Assembly (NCBI RefSeq): GCF_009914755.1
Contig: NC_060934.1
Strand: one strand, 5' to 3'
Source of the DNA: the human T2T-CHM13v2.0 reference genome, Homo sapiens
Length of the DNA stretch: 64,000 bases
Shown: piece by piece, positions 42,281-59,300 of the stretch
Layout: each line of letters begins with the position of its first letter
Numbering within the stretch: position 1 is the stretch's first letter
Notes under the pieces: generated by a model
Databases searched by the model: none
The model's input: only the letters and a program-made list of their open reading frames with translations
Told to the model about the DNA's origin: nothing
Program-made: the position numbers and the translations under genes

Positions 42281-43668
42281 ATGTGAGTGCGTATATGTAT
42301 GTGTGGTGGTACATGGTACATGGAATGGTAATCATTTTTGTGCATCTTTCTGACCTACTTCGTTGTAAACTTGTGAACAGGGTTTGCATGTTCTTCATCT
42401 TTCTACCTCCAGTACTTAGCACAGTGCCTGGCAACAAACCAATAGATGTTTGCTTGAATGGACATAGAAATGGTTATAAAAGAATGCTCTGACAAAGAGC
42501 AAAGAGCATTTCAAATTCAGAATACGCTTTTAGCCACTGCTATCCCATGGATGGACTATGTTCATCACTAAAGGTGTAAGGTATTTTCAGTATTCATGTC
42601 TCATTTGGGAATCCTTGGGTCTGGAATTATTCTTGAAAACATCCATTAAAGAGTCATTAGCTATTCTTAGAGCATCTCTTTTTTTACAGAGAGAATTGGC
42701 ACCAAGCAAGAGCAAGGAACCAGACATCAGTTACGGAAAATGTATCCCCACATCACATCATGGGAGCCTAGCTCACAGACACTGCCAATGGAAATTGCAG
42801 AAATAGATCAACTGCAAAAGGTTACATAGGGGACCCGCATGCTACATTAACTCTCTGTGAATAAATTACATGTAAAATTTGAGAACATGTTTTCATCAAA
42901 TAAGTATTTGTGAAGGTAAATTTTAAGTTATGCCATGTGCATAATTTCATTGCATTGGTACCATATGAATAAGTATCTTCATAAAGATACTTTGTGAACA
43001 AGTCAAGAAGACAAAATAATTGTTACTAGTATTTACTTTTGTCCTTAAACACAGAGCTAAGATCTCTTTCTATTGACATTATATCCTCTATATCCCTAAA
43101 ATAATCTAAATCATTAATTATAGAATTAATCAGTAAGGAATTTAAAACTAAGCTGGAAAGGCATGAAACAGGATGGATGGAGCAGAGGGATGTTGTTCCC
43201 CAGGATGAGAAAGAGAGAAAGGTCTTGCATTACCAAGGGTGAGTCTGGGTGACTGAGAGGTCACAAACTGATGAGTGAAGATAGAGTCAAGACAGAAAAA
43301 TAAAGTCAGGAAAGCCAGTGCTGGTGGGGAAACAAACATTCAAAGCATAACTCACAGTTCTGGAAAAAACCCAGTATTTTCAGTCTCTGTCAGAACATAA
43401 ATCAGATTTGCAGTTAAATATTTGACCGTTTACCTGAGGACAGTAAGTCTCAGGGAAAAGCACGTCCACATGTGCCTCCTCGGTGGGTTCTAGAATTCTT
43501 CCCTCTTCCATTCCCCAAATATGTATCAGTGTAATGTCTGAGCAGGGGAGTGCAGAGCAGGCAAGACACATAGAGAGGCACCAGGAAGGGAAATCTGTGC
43601 ATCATTCCTTGTGTCACTAAGACAGCACCACAGAAGAGGTAAGCACAGAGCATGGTGGGTGAGATGCA

Positions 43669-43950
43669 ATTTTTTTTTTTTTTTGAGACAGAGTCTCACT
43701 CTGTTACCCAGGCTGGAGTGCAGTGGCACTACCTTGGCTCACTGAAACCTTCATCTCCCGGGTTCAAGTGATTCTCCTGCCTCAACCTCCCGAGTAGCTG
43801 AGATTACAGGTATGCACAACCACACCCAACTAATTTTTGTATTTTTAGTAGAGACAGGGTTTCACCATGTTGGCCAGGCTGGTCTCAAACTCCTGACCTC
43901 AAGTGATCCATCTGCCTCAGCCTCCCAAAATGCTGGGATTACAGGTGTGA
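43669..43950 (-). mobile_element. AluS
   Basis: Alu consensus with poly(T). Confidence 0.95.
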
Positions 43951-44257
43951 CATCTCCATGAGATAGGGAAAAGCCAGAGGGAGCCTCTTAGCCTCCCAGA
44001 ACACAATCGCATCCAGGAGGTACTTCTTTCTCCTATCTCTGCCATAGCCAGGCAGGACCAACAGACCCAGAGCTGTTGGAGCAGAAGAAGTGGAAGGGTC
44101 TTGCAGAAGGTGTGTAAAGCAGAAGACAACAGCTGCTGAAGCAGCACAATACAGTGACATCCTAGGAGGGAGGCCAAGGAGCTCACTCAGCTTAGAGGGC
44201 TTGGGGATTGACAGTGAGCTGCAAGATGTCCCCACGAGTCCGTTTCCTTGCCCATAA

Positions 44258-44707
44258 TGAGAGGTGACAACGTGCCAGCAGCCTCGCTCGCTCTCGGCAC
44301 CTTCTCGGCCTCGGTGTCTGCTCTGGCCATGCTTGAGGAGCCCTTCAGCCTGCCGCTGCACTGTGGGAGCCCCTCTCTGGGCTGGCCGAGGCCAGAGCCG
44401 GCTCCCTCTGCTTGTGGGGAGGTGTGGAGGGAGAGGCACGGGTGGGAAACAGGGCTGCACAAGCAGTGCTCACCCGCCAGCGTGAGTTCCAGGTGGGCGC
44501 GGGCTCAGTAGGCCCCACGCTAGGAGCGGCCAGCCAGCACCACCAGCCCCAGGCAGTGAGGGGCTTAGCACCTGTGCCAGCAGCTGCAGAGGGTGCGCTG
44601 GGTCCCCCAGCACTGCCGGTCCGCCCACGCTGTGCTCAAATTCTCAGTGAGCCTCCACTGCCTCCCTGCCTGCAGGGCTCGAAACCTGCAGCCTGCCATG
44701 ACTGAGC
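44258..44707 (+). mobile_element. LTR12 (ERV9; LTR12D/E-like) 5' portion only
   Basis: tgagaggtgacaacgtg...cttgaggagcccttcagcc...gggcttagcacc; similarity ends at gcctgccatgactgagc. Confidence 0.88.
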
Positions 44708-46094
44708 GTGTGGCCCGAGCATGCGTGTGTGGTAGGGAGCACAGGTGGGGGCTGGTGCAGTGGGAGGCGGGGGCTAGATGAGACTAGGGTGAGAGCCCCT
44801 TGGTCAGGGCTGCCTGCTGCCCACAGAAGCACAGGGCAGTGAAGGTGCCCAGGAGCAGGTAGTTGGGTTGACTCAGGTTGGAGGGCCCGCTGAGGGTCAG
44901 CAGAAGAATGAGGGGTGGTGAGGGGCACTCCAGGCATGGTGGTGAGGTAGAGAGATGAGAGGCCTTTGCATTTTGCATATTCTGTTGGGGGAGGAAATGG
45001 TGAGCCATCAAGGGCTATTGGCAACCTCTCCGTAAACCAGCCTAGGAAATGCTGAAGGAGAGAGACTCAGAGCAAATATAGACCCACAGGGATGCCTGGG
45101 GCACAGACAGGGTCGGTTCAGGTTGCCGGGGATGCCATGGCACAAGTGGAGGACAGCTGGGAGCCTCCACGTGGTGCTGTCCCCCTTCTGCTCTCTTGGC
45201 TGAGCCAGGGCAAGGGGCAGGCTCCTCTAAGCTGGCAGTGGCTGCTCTGCCCCTGTACAGCAGGTATCAGAGTAGGCAGTTCAGGCCCAACACAAAACCC
45301 AAACATGCCTGCAGGAGCAGCTCCCAGCTGCACCCAGCTCCTAAAGGACACACCTGTGCCATAGATGACAGACAGAGCAGGACTTAGAACAAGTGACCAA
45401 AGTCCTCAGAGGACTTCATTGTAAGGGAGCATGCAATGAACATGAGCTCAAAAGAAGCAGCTCTCATGACAAACCAGTTGGAGATGTTGGGTGTAAAAAA
45501 TATAATTTATAGATAGAATAGAATTCATAAATATAATGTATGAAACTGTAATATAATTCTAAATAAATATAATTGTTGAAAGGGGCTGGAAGATTTCACC
45601 AAAGGACTCTCCAGAAAGTATCAGGAGGGTATAAGGAGGTGGGAGGCAGGTTGAGAGGTGAGGAAGGTGGAACAAGACGGCCCCTGTCCGTCTCCGAGGA
45701 GTACTGGGAAGAAAGGAAGAATACGGGGCAGGAGAATATATATGAAGAAGGGCTGGCAGAGAATTTCCAAGAACTAAACACAGACACAAGACTTTAGATG
45801 GAAGTGTTCCCAGAGTGGCAAGCACACACACCAGAAAAATTAGAATCACAGAGGGAAAAACAGTTACAGAGAAACAAGAGTGAGTCTGACCTCAGAGTTC
45901 TCAAGGCCCCACAGAAGGCAGAAGACCAAGTCATCAGGTCAGTGGGGAGCATGGACAGGAGGTGTGAAGTGGGTATAGCTAAAAAATGAGAAGGATCGAA
46001 TTGGAATTTCAGCCCAATATACCATTAGTGTGCACCACTAATGCCCACATAAATGATGCTTTGTATTTTTCTTATCTTCAAATACATGGAAATA

Positions 46095-46578
46095 CAGCTG
46101 ACCCTTAAACAATGTGGGGGCTAGGGGCACTGAACTCCCTCACAGTTGAAAATTTGCATATAACTTTTGACCTCCCCAAAACTACTAACAGCCTACTGTT
46201 CACCGAAGACTTACCAATAACACATACAGTCAATGAACACATGTTTTATAGGTTATATATATTATATTTTGTATTCTTTATTTTATTTTTATTTTTTGTT
46301 TACCCACACTACACAGATGTATCACATGCTGTATTCTTCAATGAAGTAGACTAGAGAAAAGAAAGTGGTATTGAGAAAATAATTAGCAAGACAAATGTAT
46401 TTACTCATTAAGTGGAAGTGGAGCATCATAAAGTTCTTTATCATTGTCTTAAGCAGGCTGAGGAGGAGGAGGAAGAGAAGGAAAAGGTCTTGCTTTCTCA
46501 GGGGTGTCAGAGGCAGAAGAAAATCTGTGTGTAAGTGGATGTGTGTGGTTCAAACCCATGTTGTTCAAAGGTCAACTG
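46095..46578. mobile_element. Tigger2a/MER28 DNA transposon
   Basis: TIRs cagctgacccttaaacaa / ttgttcaaaggtcaactg with TA target duplication. Confidence 0.88.
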
Positions 46579-46946
46579 TAAGTAAGTGGCATGTGGCCTG
46601 GAGAGGTACCACATATACAGGGAGGCTGCTGATGTAAGTGTGTGAGGAAGGAGATGGGGACACAGGAGAAGGGGTTAGACCAACACAATAGTAGCAGGGG
46701 CTGAAGTGGGGCCTTCACAGGCAGATGAAAAGGAGGGGGAAGGGAGGCACCCTGCCAACTGGGGACCACATAGCTTTGTACATCTGAAAGCTACTTAAAA
46801 CAGGGAAATTTTATCACCTCTAGACCTGTAGGGAGGGAAAGGAAATAAGGAAACACAGTCTACTGGGGACCAAGAAAAAAGTGGTGGAAAGAAAGTAAGA
46901 TGGTAAAAGTCATTGAAAATATCCTTAAGACAGTAAAATGTAATGA

Positions 46947-47545
46947 TGTTACAGGACCACCAGGTTCCTACACCTGCTCCGCAGTTACAGACCAATGCAC
47001 CAAGACAGCAGGCTTTGCAGCAGAGAAAGAGTTTACCGATCTCAGGGTGGCTGAGTGAGGGAGGAGGGACCCTCACTTCATCTCTCTGAGGAGTTTTGGG
47101 GTGGAATTTTTAAAGGATCATGGAGGGCAAGGGGTGGAAAATTGGGGCCACTGATTGGTTGGGGTAAAGAGGATGCAATCATCAGGGTGTGGACACTGCA
47201 TGCTCTGGTGAGTCAACTGCTTGTGGGGTCCCTCAGACCAGATGCAGTCAGCTGTTTGATTGGCTTGCAGGACCTAAAAGGATATCTCAAGTGGACAGCT
47301 TAACACTTCACAATGTTCAAGTTGGTATCTATAGCGGATAGTTGTTACCTATCTGAACTTAGGAGAACTGGAGTCTTGTAACTGATTTTAAGGTGATTCT
47401 GAGGCAGTATGCATGGAATGGCAGTGAGGAAGGGTCAGAGAGCGAGCTGGCCTAGAAGCCAATGCTCAGGACCCTGCAAGCTTGGTTTATTTTCCTTTCT
47501 CTCCCTCCCTTATTTCTTAATTAATTTTATAAAACCTATAGGGAT
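46947..47545 (-). mobile_element. ERV1-class solo LTR (LTR8/LTR26-like)
   Basis: tgttacag start; gcagcagagaaagagttt, catctctctgaggagttttggg motifs. Confidence 0.6.
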
Positions 47546-47595
47546 GGATTCGATAAGATTAAACTCATCTATTCAAAACACGGATTCTCAGGCTG

Positions 47596-47603
<8 letters not shown>

Positions 47604-47630
<27 letters not shown>
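47604..47630 (+). repeat. (TG)n microsatellite
   Basis: Seen directly. Confidence 0.95.
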
Positions 47631-48026
47631 TTAAAGCAAGCTATCTGCTATGACATGTTAACAGAAAGGAAGTGGGTGTGGGAAGCGACCAGTAAGGCAG
47701 GGAGAGGTGCATGGGGTGGGGTTTGGGTTGCTACCAGGTAACTTGGAAGGAGGTTACCCACCTGGAAGATGCAGCCACCAGCCTCAGTGAGACAACAGCA
47801 AACCTAGCACATCCCCAGGCATGGTGGGAACTTTGAACATACCTTGCTCCGAAAATTTGCATCAAACAGAATAAAAATCATGAAAATAAAGAGACCTGAA
47901 ATATAGACTTTAAGTTTGGGCTGCTGGGCAGATACAGAATCCTGCACCCCATGTGCAGGGCATTCACATTTTTTCCAGCACAGATGGAACATTTATAATA
48001 CTGACCATGAAGGTGGCCAAAAAGGA

Positions 48027-48358
<332 letters not shown>

Positions 48359-49739
48359 TCACAATGCAATAATGTTAGAAGTCAATCACAGGAAGACAGC
48401 CTCAAGCCTAGTTACATCTGGAAAACACAATAACTCACGGGCCCGAGAGAAAACGATAATGGAAAATACAAAAGACATAAACCAAGCATTGATAGAAGCA
48501 GCGCATATTGACTCTCATGGGATGCAGGTAAAATGGCACTAGAAGGACATTTATAACCTTATAATATAAGGTTATGTTATAACCTATGTTAGAGAACAAA
48601 ATAGAAGGTGAATTAATGAGCTCTGTGTTCAACACCAGATGGCACAGAACAGGCTCAGGGAAAAGGCTGAAGGCAGAGCCAGGCTGGAGAAGGAGAGCTC
48701 AGGGAGGCTGAGGGCAGTGGCCTGGGGAAGGGGCCTGAAGCCATGGGCCAAGGATGGAGTCCTGCTGGGAGTGTGGGGAGTGGGTCAAGGGTGCTGGATT
48801 CAGCATTTGAGGATGGGCTGTGCTGTGTGGATGAGCCATCAAGATAGACATCAGGCCCATCCAGGAACTGGCAAGACAGGAGGTAGAGCCAAGTGAATCC
48901 ACGCCAGAGTCCTGGATTACTGTGAGCCATGGCAGTGGTGTGGAGAGACCACTCAGATTTCATGAGCCTGAAAGACTGTGGGTTCCGTCTGCTTACACGG
49001 GAGAGCTGGGATTAAAGGGAACAAAAGGCTTGGGGAAAGGGAGCGGGCTGCTCAGGGGAAGCAGATGTCAGTGAAAGCCAGGTTTTGTTTAAGGTGAGAG
49101 GTGAGATGTCCGTGCGAGCTGCGTGGAGGTGTCATGGGGCACCTGTTTCTCTGAGTCCCCAGGGGGCAGGGAGAGGGATGAGTGAGGGCTGGGTGGGGAC
49201 CAGAGTGGCTGGTGGTGGTCGTTGTGCCCAAGCACAGCAGGGCTGAGACTGACAAGCTCATCCAGCTTCTGAATCCTGATGGAAGCCCCAGAGCCTGGTG
49301 CCCTGGGGACTCTGCAGAGGGTGGTGCAGGAGCACGGCCCTCAGGTGCTGGGAGTGAGGTGAGCAGGGTCACCCCACACCTGGCCTGCCCCCTCCTCCCT
49401 TGAAACCAGCGGGTGTGTCTGAGCACTGGGCCTGAAAGCACCGTATCCGGAGGCCCAAGGCTGAGGTCCATGGCCTCCTCTGCCAGCCCTGCTTGTCCAG
49501 GGTCTGAGCTGTCCTGGCCTCTCCCTCTGCTCCTTCACACAGAGGTCTTTAGGGCACCCTAATGTGTCCAATCAAGGCCAGGCTTGTTGGTGAGACACGC
49601 TTGGTCCCGAGCTCCATGCCAGATGTCTCCACCCTCAAAAGACCCAGCATCTCATGACTTCATGTCCCACTAGCAGTCCCTGTGCCCAGTTCACCCATCC
49701 CCACTGACCACCAGTGTTTGATTTTTCCTTCAGAAGCCT

Positions 49740-49866
49740 ATGAGGAAATGGATTGTTGATTAGCCTGATTCAATCATTCTACATTGTAAACATATATCGA
49801 AGAATCACCTTGTATCCCATAAATGTGTATATTTATTATTTGTCAATAAAAAATAAAATTTAAAAA
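49740..49866 (+). mobile_element. L1MA 3'-terminal fragment
   Basis: attagcctgatt...cattctacattgta...tttgtcaataaaaaataaa. Confidence 0.75.
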
Positions 49867-50913
49867 GATTCAGCTCCCAGCTGCCTCCTCCAGGAAGCCT
49901 GCAGTGCTTTCCCTTGCGGAGGACCAACTTTACACCAGTTCTTACCCTGGACCCTGCAGAGGGCACTTGGGTTGCCCATCAGGGACACATCCATGCCTCT
50001 CTAGCTTTCTAGCAAGCTTCCTGTCTGTTTTACTCAGCCCAGGACTTTGGGAAGCTGGAGGTGCCTACAGTCAGCACAGCTGCAGTTCAGAGGGAAGAGG
50101 CACAAAGTGCTCAGGTTGAAGTTGCCCAGCTGGAAATCTCGTTTCTCCCACTGAAAGGGGATAGTGATATTTGGGACTCACAGTTGATGTCACCATGGCA
50201 CTGGATGGGAGGTCTACAGGCCTCAGGGGACCCTCTGGTCACCCCTTCCTCTCTGCAGGTGCCTCTGCTCTTGAGAAACTCAGGGCCAAGGACAGGTCAC
50301 TGGATATGTTGGGGGCACCAGGGCTGGTGGGGTAGGGGGTTCCTTGGTGCTGGATTCACCCCAACCCCAGCAGGGAGAAAGAGCCTTGGACAGGCCCTGG
50401 CCCAGGGAGGGGGCGGCCAGGCAGGCCTGACTGGGGAGGCCCGGGCATCGCGCTTGGGCCAGGGGCCTGTGTGAGGGAGGCAGCCTCCCCTTCTCTAGGA
50501 TGGGGCCAGTGCCCAGCTCTGCGAGACTCGTGTCCTGCACCCCACACCCCAGTGGAGAACAGCATGAGGCCCTCGGGCCTGAACCCATGGTTGTTAGTTC
50601 TGGGAGGAGATTTTGAATCCCGACTCAGTTGTCTTGAGGTTCATAGGCATATTTGGGTTTTCTATTTCTTTTCCAGACATGTTCCAAGTTTGGTCTCTTC
50701 GGCTTACTGTCTGTTTTGTCAGTTATTGGCATAATAATGTTCTATAGCAATTTGTAAAATGTCCATTATATTTAAAGTTATGTCTCCATTTGATTTCTTG
50801 TATTATATGCTGTGCCATCCCTCTTTTCATTTTCTTGGTCAATTATTCTAGAGGTTGGTTTATTTTCATTAGTATTTTCAAAGGACCACTATTTTGATTT
50901 TTGTTGACCCTTT

Positions 50914-53900
50914 TATTAATTTTTAATTTTCGTGGGTACATAGTAGGTGTATATATTTATGGAGTATGTGAGATATTTTGATACAGGCATGAAACATAAT
51001 AATCACATCGGCTGGGTGCGGTATCTCATGCCTGTAATCCCAGCACTTTGGGAGGTCAAGGCAGGTGGATCACGAAGTCAGGAGTTTGAGACCAGCCTGA
51101 ACAACATAGTGAAACCCTGTCTCTACTAAAAATACAAATATTAGCTGGACTTGGTGGCGGGTGCCTGTAATCCCAGCTACTCAGGAGGCTGAGGCAGATG
51201 AATCGCTTGAACCCAGGAGGCAGAGGTTGCAGTGAGACGAGATTGCACCATTGCACTCCAGACCAGGCGACAATGTGAGACTCCATTAAAAAAAAAAATT
51301 AAAAAATCACATCAGGGTAAATGGGTTATCCATCCCCTCAAGCATTTATCCTTTGTGTTATAAACAATCCAATTATACTCTTAGTTATTTTTAAATATAC
51401 AATTGAATTACTATTGACTATTGACTATAGTCACCCTGTTGTACTAAATAGTAGGTCTTATTCATTCTTTCTATTTTCTTTGTACCTATTAATTTTCCTC
51501 ATTTCTCTTACTCCCCCACTACCCTTCCCAGACTCTAGTGACCATCCTTCTACTCTCTACCTCCATGAGTTCAAGTGTTTTAATTTTTAGCTCCCACAAA
51601 TAAGTGAGAACATGTGAAGTTTGTCTTTCTGTACCTGGCTTACTTCACTTAATATAATGACCTCCAGTTCCATCCATGTTGTTGCAAATGACAGGATCTC
51701 ATTCTTTTTTATGGCTGAACAGTACTCCATTGTGTATATGTACTACATTTACTTTATCTATTCATCTGTTGATGGTCACTTAGGTTGCTTCCAAATCTTG
51801 GCTATTGTGAACAGTGCTGAAAACACAGGAATGTAGCTATCTCTTTGATATACTAATTTTCTTTCGAGTATATACCTAGCAGTGGGATTCCTGGATTGTA
51901 TGGTAGCTGTATTTTTAGTTTTTTGAGGAATCTCCAAGTTGTTCTCTATAGTGGTTGTACTAATTTACATCACCACCAAGAGTGGACAAGGTTTCTCTTT
52001 TCTTCATATCCTTGCCAGCATTTGTTATTGCCTGTCTTTTGGATAAAAGCCATTTTAACTGGGGTGAGATGATAATCTCATTGTAGTTTTGATTTGAATT
52101 TCTCTGATGATCAATGATGTTGACTCCTTTTCATATGCCGACTTGCCATTTGTATGTCTTCTTTTGAGAAATGCCTATTCAAATCTGTGCTGAGACACCT
52201 GGAGTTGGAGGTGGGGTGACACAAGCATGCCTGTGGCTGCCACCATTGGGAGAGTGCTGGGCCAAACCTGAAACCAGCACAGCACTGGGTCTCACCCAGG
52301 GCCCACTGTAACCACTACCCGGCTACTACCTATGTTTGCTTAAGGCCCTAGAACTCTACATTCAGTAGTGGTGAAGCCAGCCAGGCTTATGTCCTTCCCT
52401 TCAAGGTGGCAAGTTCCCCCAGGCCCTGGGCAGGTCCAGAGATACTGTCTGGGAGCCAGTGACTGGAGTCAAGAACCTTAGAAATCTGCTTGATGCTTTA
52501 TTCTACTGCAGGTAAGCCGGCACTGACATCACAAGACAAAGTCCTTCTCACTTTTCTCTCTGCTTTCCACAGGAAGAGGAACCTCTTCCATGGTCATGGC
52601 CACCACAGGCCTACATGGGATACTGCCAGGCTACCACCAATGTTCACTTTAAGACCAAGCGTCCTTCAGTCAGCTTATGGTCAATGCTGCCAGGCCTGGG
52701 ACTCACCCTTCAGGGCAGTGGGCTCCCCTCTGGCCCAGGGCAGGTCCAGAAATGTCATCCAAGAGCCAAGGCCTTTGGAATCAGGGATCCCAGGAGCCTG
52801 CTCGGTGCTCTGCCCACTGAACTGAGCTGGTACACAAGGTGCAAGACTAAGTCCCCTTTACTTTTCCCTCTGCTTTTCTCAAGCAGAAGCAGTCTCTTAC
52901 CATAACCACCATAGCTGGGAATGTGCTGGTTCTCCACTGAAGCCAGCATGTCTCAGAGTCTCACCCAAGGCCCATAGCATACTACCTGGATATCACTGCT
53001 GGTTCTTCAGGACCCAAGGGCTCTTTACTCAGAGGTGATGAATCCTGCCAGGACTTTGTCCTTCCCTTCAAGGCAGTGGGTTCCCTTCTGGCCCAGGGTG
53101 TGTCTAGAAATGTTATCTAAGAGCTAGGGCTCAAAATGAGGGCCTTATGATCCTGAACAGTGCCCTATTCTACTGTGGCTGAGCTGGTATCCAAGACACA
53201 AGACAAAGTTCTTTTTAGTTCCCTCTCCCCTCCTTAAGTGGAAGGAAGAAGTTGCTTTCATTGCTGTGAGCTGCGCTGCCTAGGATTGAGGGAAAGATAG
53301 CACAAGCATGCCCTCAGCCAGCCCAGCTGGTGCCTCACTAGGTCACATGCCTCCCACATCCACTGGATCTGAGCCCAGCACAGCATTAGGACTTGCCTAG
53401 GAATTGCAGTCCTTGTGGCCTAGATGGATTTTCAAGTCTATTTAGGACCCCAGAGCCTTTGAGCCCACAGTGGTGGGGCTTGCAAAAACTTATGTTCCAT
53501 CCACTGGGATGGATGATGCCCCTCTGTCTAGGGCTGGTCTAAATGCTTCCTCTGTGGGTGGGTGTCAAGTGAGTTTAGCCTGTTTTTTTCTTTCTGCTAT
53601 GACAGGGCAGCATAGAGTTCAATGCAGGGTCCCATAATCACTGCACTCTCCTTCCTCCAGTGCACAGATTTTCCATGCCACAGGACCACTACTGGGGAGT
53701 GGGGGAGGGGTGGCTTCAGGGATTCAAGACTGTGTTTTCTACCCTCCTCAGTGCCTCTTTCAGTGATAGAAAGTTAAAACCAGGTACTGTGGTCGCTCAC
53801 CTGATTGTTGGCTCTATGAAGGCGTTTTTTTGTGTATGTAGATAGTAGTTAAATTTGGTGCTCCTGCAGTGGGGGCGATTGGTGAAATTTCTATTCAGCC

Positions 53901-53918
53901 ATCTTGCTCTGCTCTCCC
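50914..53918 (-). mobile_element. L1MA (L1MA2/3-like) with 5' UTR joined to the 3' end and ORFs deleted
   Basis: 3' end 50914-52186; 5' UTR 52187-53918 ending ttcagccatcttgctc; TSD ttgacccttt at 50904-50913 and 53919-53928. Confidence 0.75.
51010..51304 (+). mobile_element. AluSg-like, nested in L1MA
   Basis: TSD aatcacatc. Confidence 0.93.
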
Positions 53919-54139
53919 TTGACCCTTTCTGTTTTATCTTTGTTTTTCCATTTCATTAATTTTTGCTCAAATCTTGAGTATTTCTTTTTATCTACAAGTT
54001 TATTTCTAAACTTTTATTAACGTCTTCATCTGGGCTCTGAATAGCCTTTCTTAATATGTACTGTAAAGATTATAAATTCCTATAGTACCTTATAGTGGAA
54101 GCCCTCAATTTTTGATATGTATTATTTTATCAATGTTGA

Positions 54140-57350
<3,211 letters not shown>

Positions 57351-57489
57351 GTTACTCCTAAAACCAAGTGGGTTCTGCCCGCTCAGGGGTTCTTGGCTGC
57401 TTGGATTTTTGAAGCAAACACACACTCATCCAAGGGCTGTAAACAGTGCAGGTGACACAGCTGACTGCTATCTTGGTTTAAAAATGGAG

Positions 57490-57710
57490 ACTCTGGAGCT
57501 GGATGATTGAATCTCTATTACACCCCCAACTTGGGTGATCTTGGTCAAGTTCTTTAACTTCTCTAGGCCTCAGTTCCCTTATCTGTAAAATAGTATGAGA
57601 ATAGTCGCTGTGTTCTAAGATTGCTTTGAAGATTAACATGAGTTAATAATATCTATAATACTTATAAGGGTGCCTGGCACACAGTAACCACGCATAAATG
57701 CTAATTATTA
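57490..57710 (+). mobile_element. MIR
   Basis: Core tgatcttggtcaagttctttaacttctctaggcctcagttcccttatctgtaaaat. Confidence 0.85.
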
Positions 57711-58059
57711 TATTTACTATTAGTAGTAATTGGACAGGCAACAAAGAAGATCCTTCAACTTTCTATGTCTCTCAGTGGTCTGAAACTTCCATCTGATACT
57801 ATTTAAAAGAATTTGGGTAAGTCCTCATACAGAAAATGAGTCTTTCTTAATTTTGGAATGATGGTAAAACACTGGGTTTTAGTCCCACCAGGATCTTCTA
57901 CCTGGAAAGGAACTGAGCCAGGTGGGTGGGCAGTACAGAAATGGAAGGAGGGAGCAGGGAACTAATGCTGTCTGCAAAGACAAGAGAACAAGGAGACCCC
58001 GGGGAATGCAGAAACTGGCAGCGTTTTCCTTCAACTACCATGAAAATGGCCAGACTGCC

Positions 58060-58402
58060 TGATATGGTTTGGCTGTGTCCCCACCCAAATCTCAACTTGA
58101 ATTTTGTCTCCCAGAATTCCCACGTGTTGTGGGAGGGACCCAGGGGGAGGTAATTGAATCATGGCAGCTGGTCTTTCCCATGATAGTGAATAAGTCTCAT
58201 GAGATCTGAAGGGCTTATCAGGGATTTCCACTTTTGCTTCTTCCTCATTTTCTCTTGCCACCACCATGTAAGAAGTACCTTTCACCTCCTGCCATGATTC
58301 TGAGGACTCCCCAGCCATGTGGAAGTATAAGTCCAATTAAACATCTTTTTCTTTCCAGTCTCAGATATGTCTTTATCAGCAGTGTGAAAACAGACTAATA
58401 CA
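58060..58402 (+). mobile_element. THE1 solo LTR (THE1B-like)
   Basis: tgatatggtttggctgtgtccccacccaaatctc...cagactaataca; 5-bp TSD ctgcc. Confidence 0.92.
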
Positions 58403-58864
58403 CTGCCTGACACTCTCATTCATGAATAATTTTTGCATCAAAGAGTAAATTGGGAGTAAAATAACAGAAGATAAAAACAAAATATTTTGCAACCAAAAGA
58501 ATAATTCCTAAGCTATACTCAGTAGTACATTCATAGTTTTAAATGGCCTTAAAATTTAAAAGAGAGAGTTTCATGAACCATTATGCTTATATCTTGCTTC
58601 TTCCAAAGTGCTGCTAAAGTCTTAGCCTGCTGCAATGACAGAGTACCTGGGCAGGTATGTGAAATACTCCACCTTGGTAGAGATAACAGAAACCTAACCT
58701 TGACCTTCCCATTAAAACTAAAGGGAAAATTTGACTGAAGTTTTCAAGTAGTACCCTTAAGGAATCACACATAGAAGGTACTCAATAAATATTACAGCTT
58801 GAATACATAAAACAATGCCACTGAGAGCCTCAAGGGTCTGGAGTACTCTCAGATAACTGGCATA

Positions 58865-59300
58865 TTAGTTAGATATTGCTCTGTAGCAAACCACTTCAAA
58901 AGTTAGGGGCCTAAAATAGTAACCTTTTATTATTTCTCATGAGTCCACAGGTCGATGGGGCACTTCTGCTACTCTGGGCTGGATGTGGCTGATCTTAACT
59001 GGCTCCTCAGTGATCAGCCAGTGGATTGGATGGGCCTGGCTCATCTCAGATGACTTCAGTCCTCCTCCCCGTGTTCTGCACATCCCTTCAGTAGGCTAAG
59101 CTGGGCTTGTTCTCATGGCAGTGCCAGAGGTCCAAGAAATGAGTGAAAATGCACATGTGCTTTTCCAAGCCTCTGATCCTGTCCTGTTGGCCAAAGCATG
59201 TCACAGCATCAAGCCCAACAGCATTTTGGGAGGGCCCTACTTAAACGAATGGCAAGAGTGATGCATGAAAAATTGGGCTGATTTCTGCAGTGAATCCTCT
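58865..59300. mobile_element. Old MLT1 LTR
   Basis: gtagcaaaccacttcaaaagttagggg...ttattatttctcatgagtc. Confidence 0.55.
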
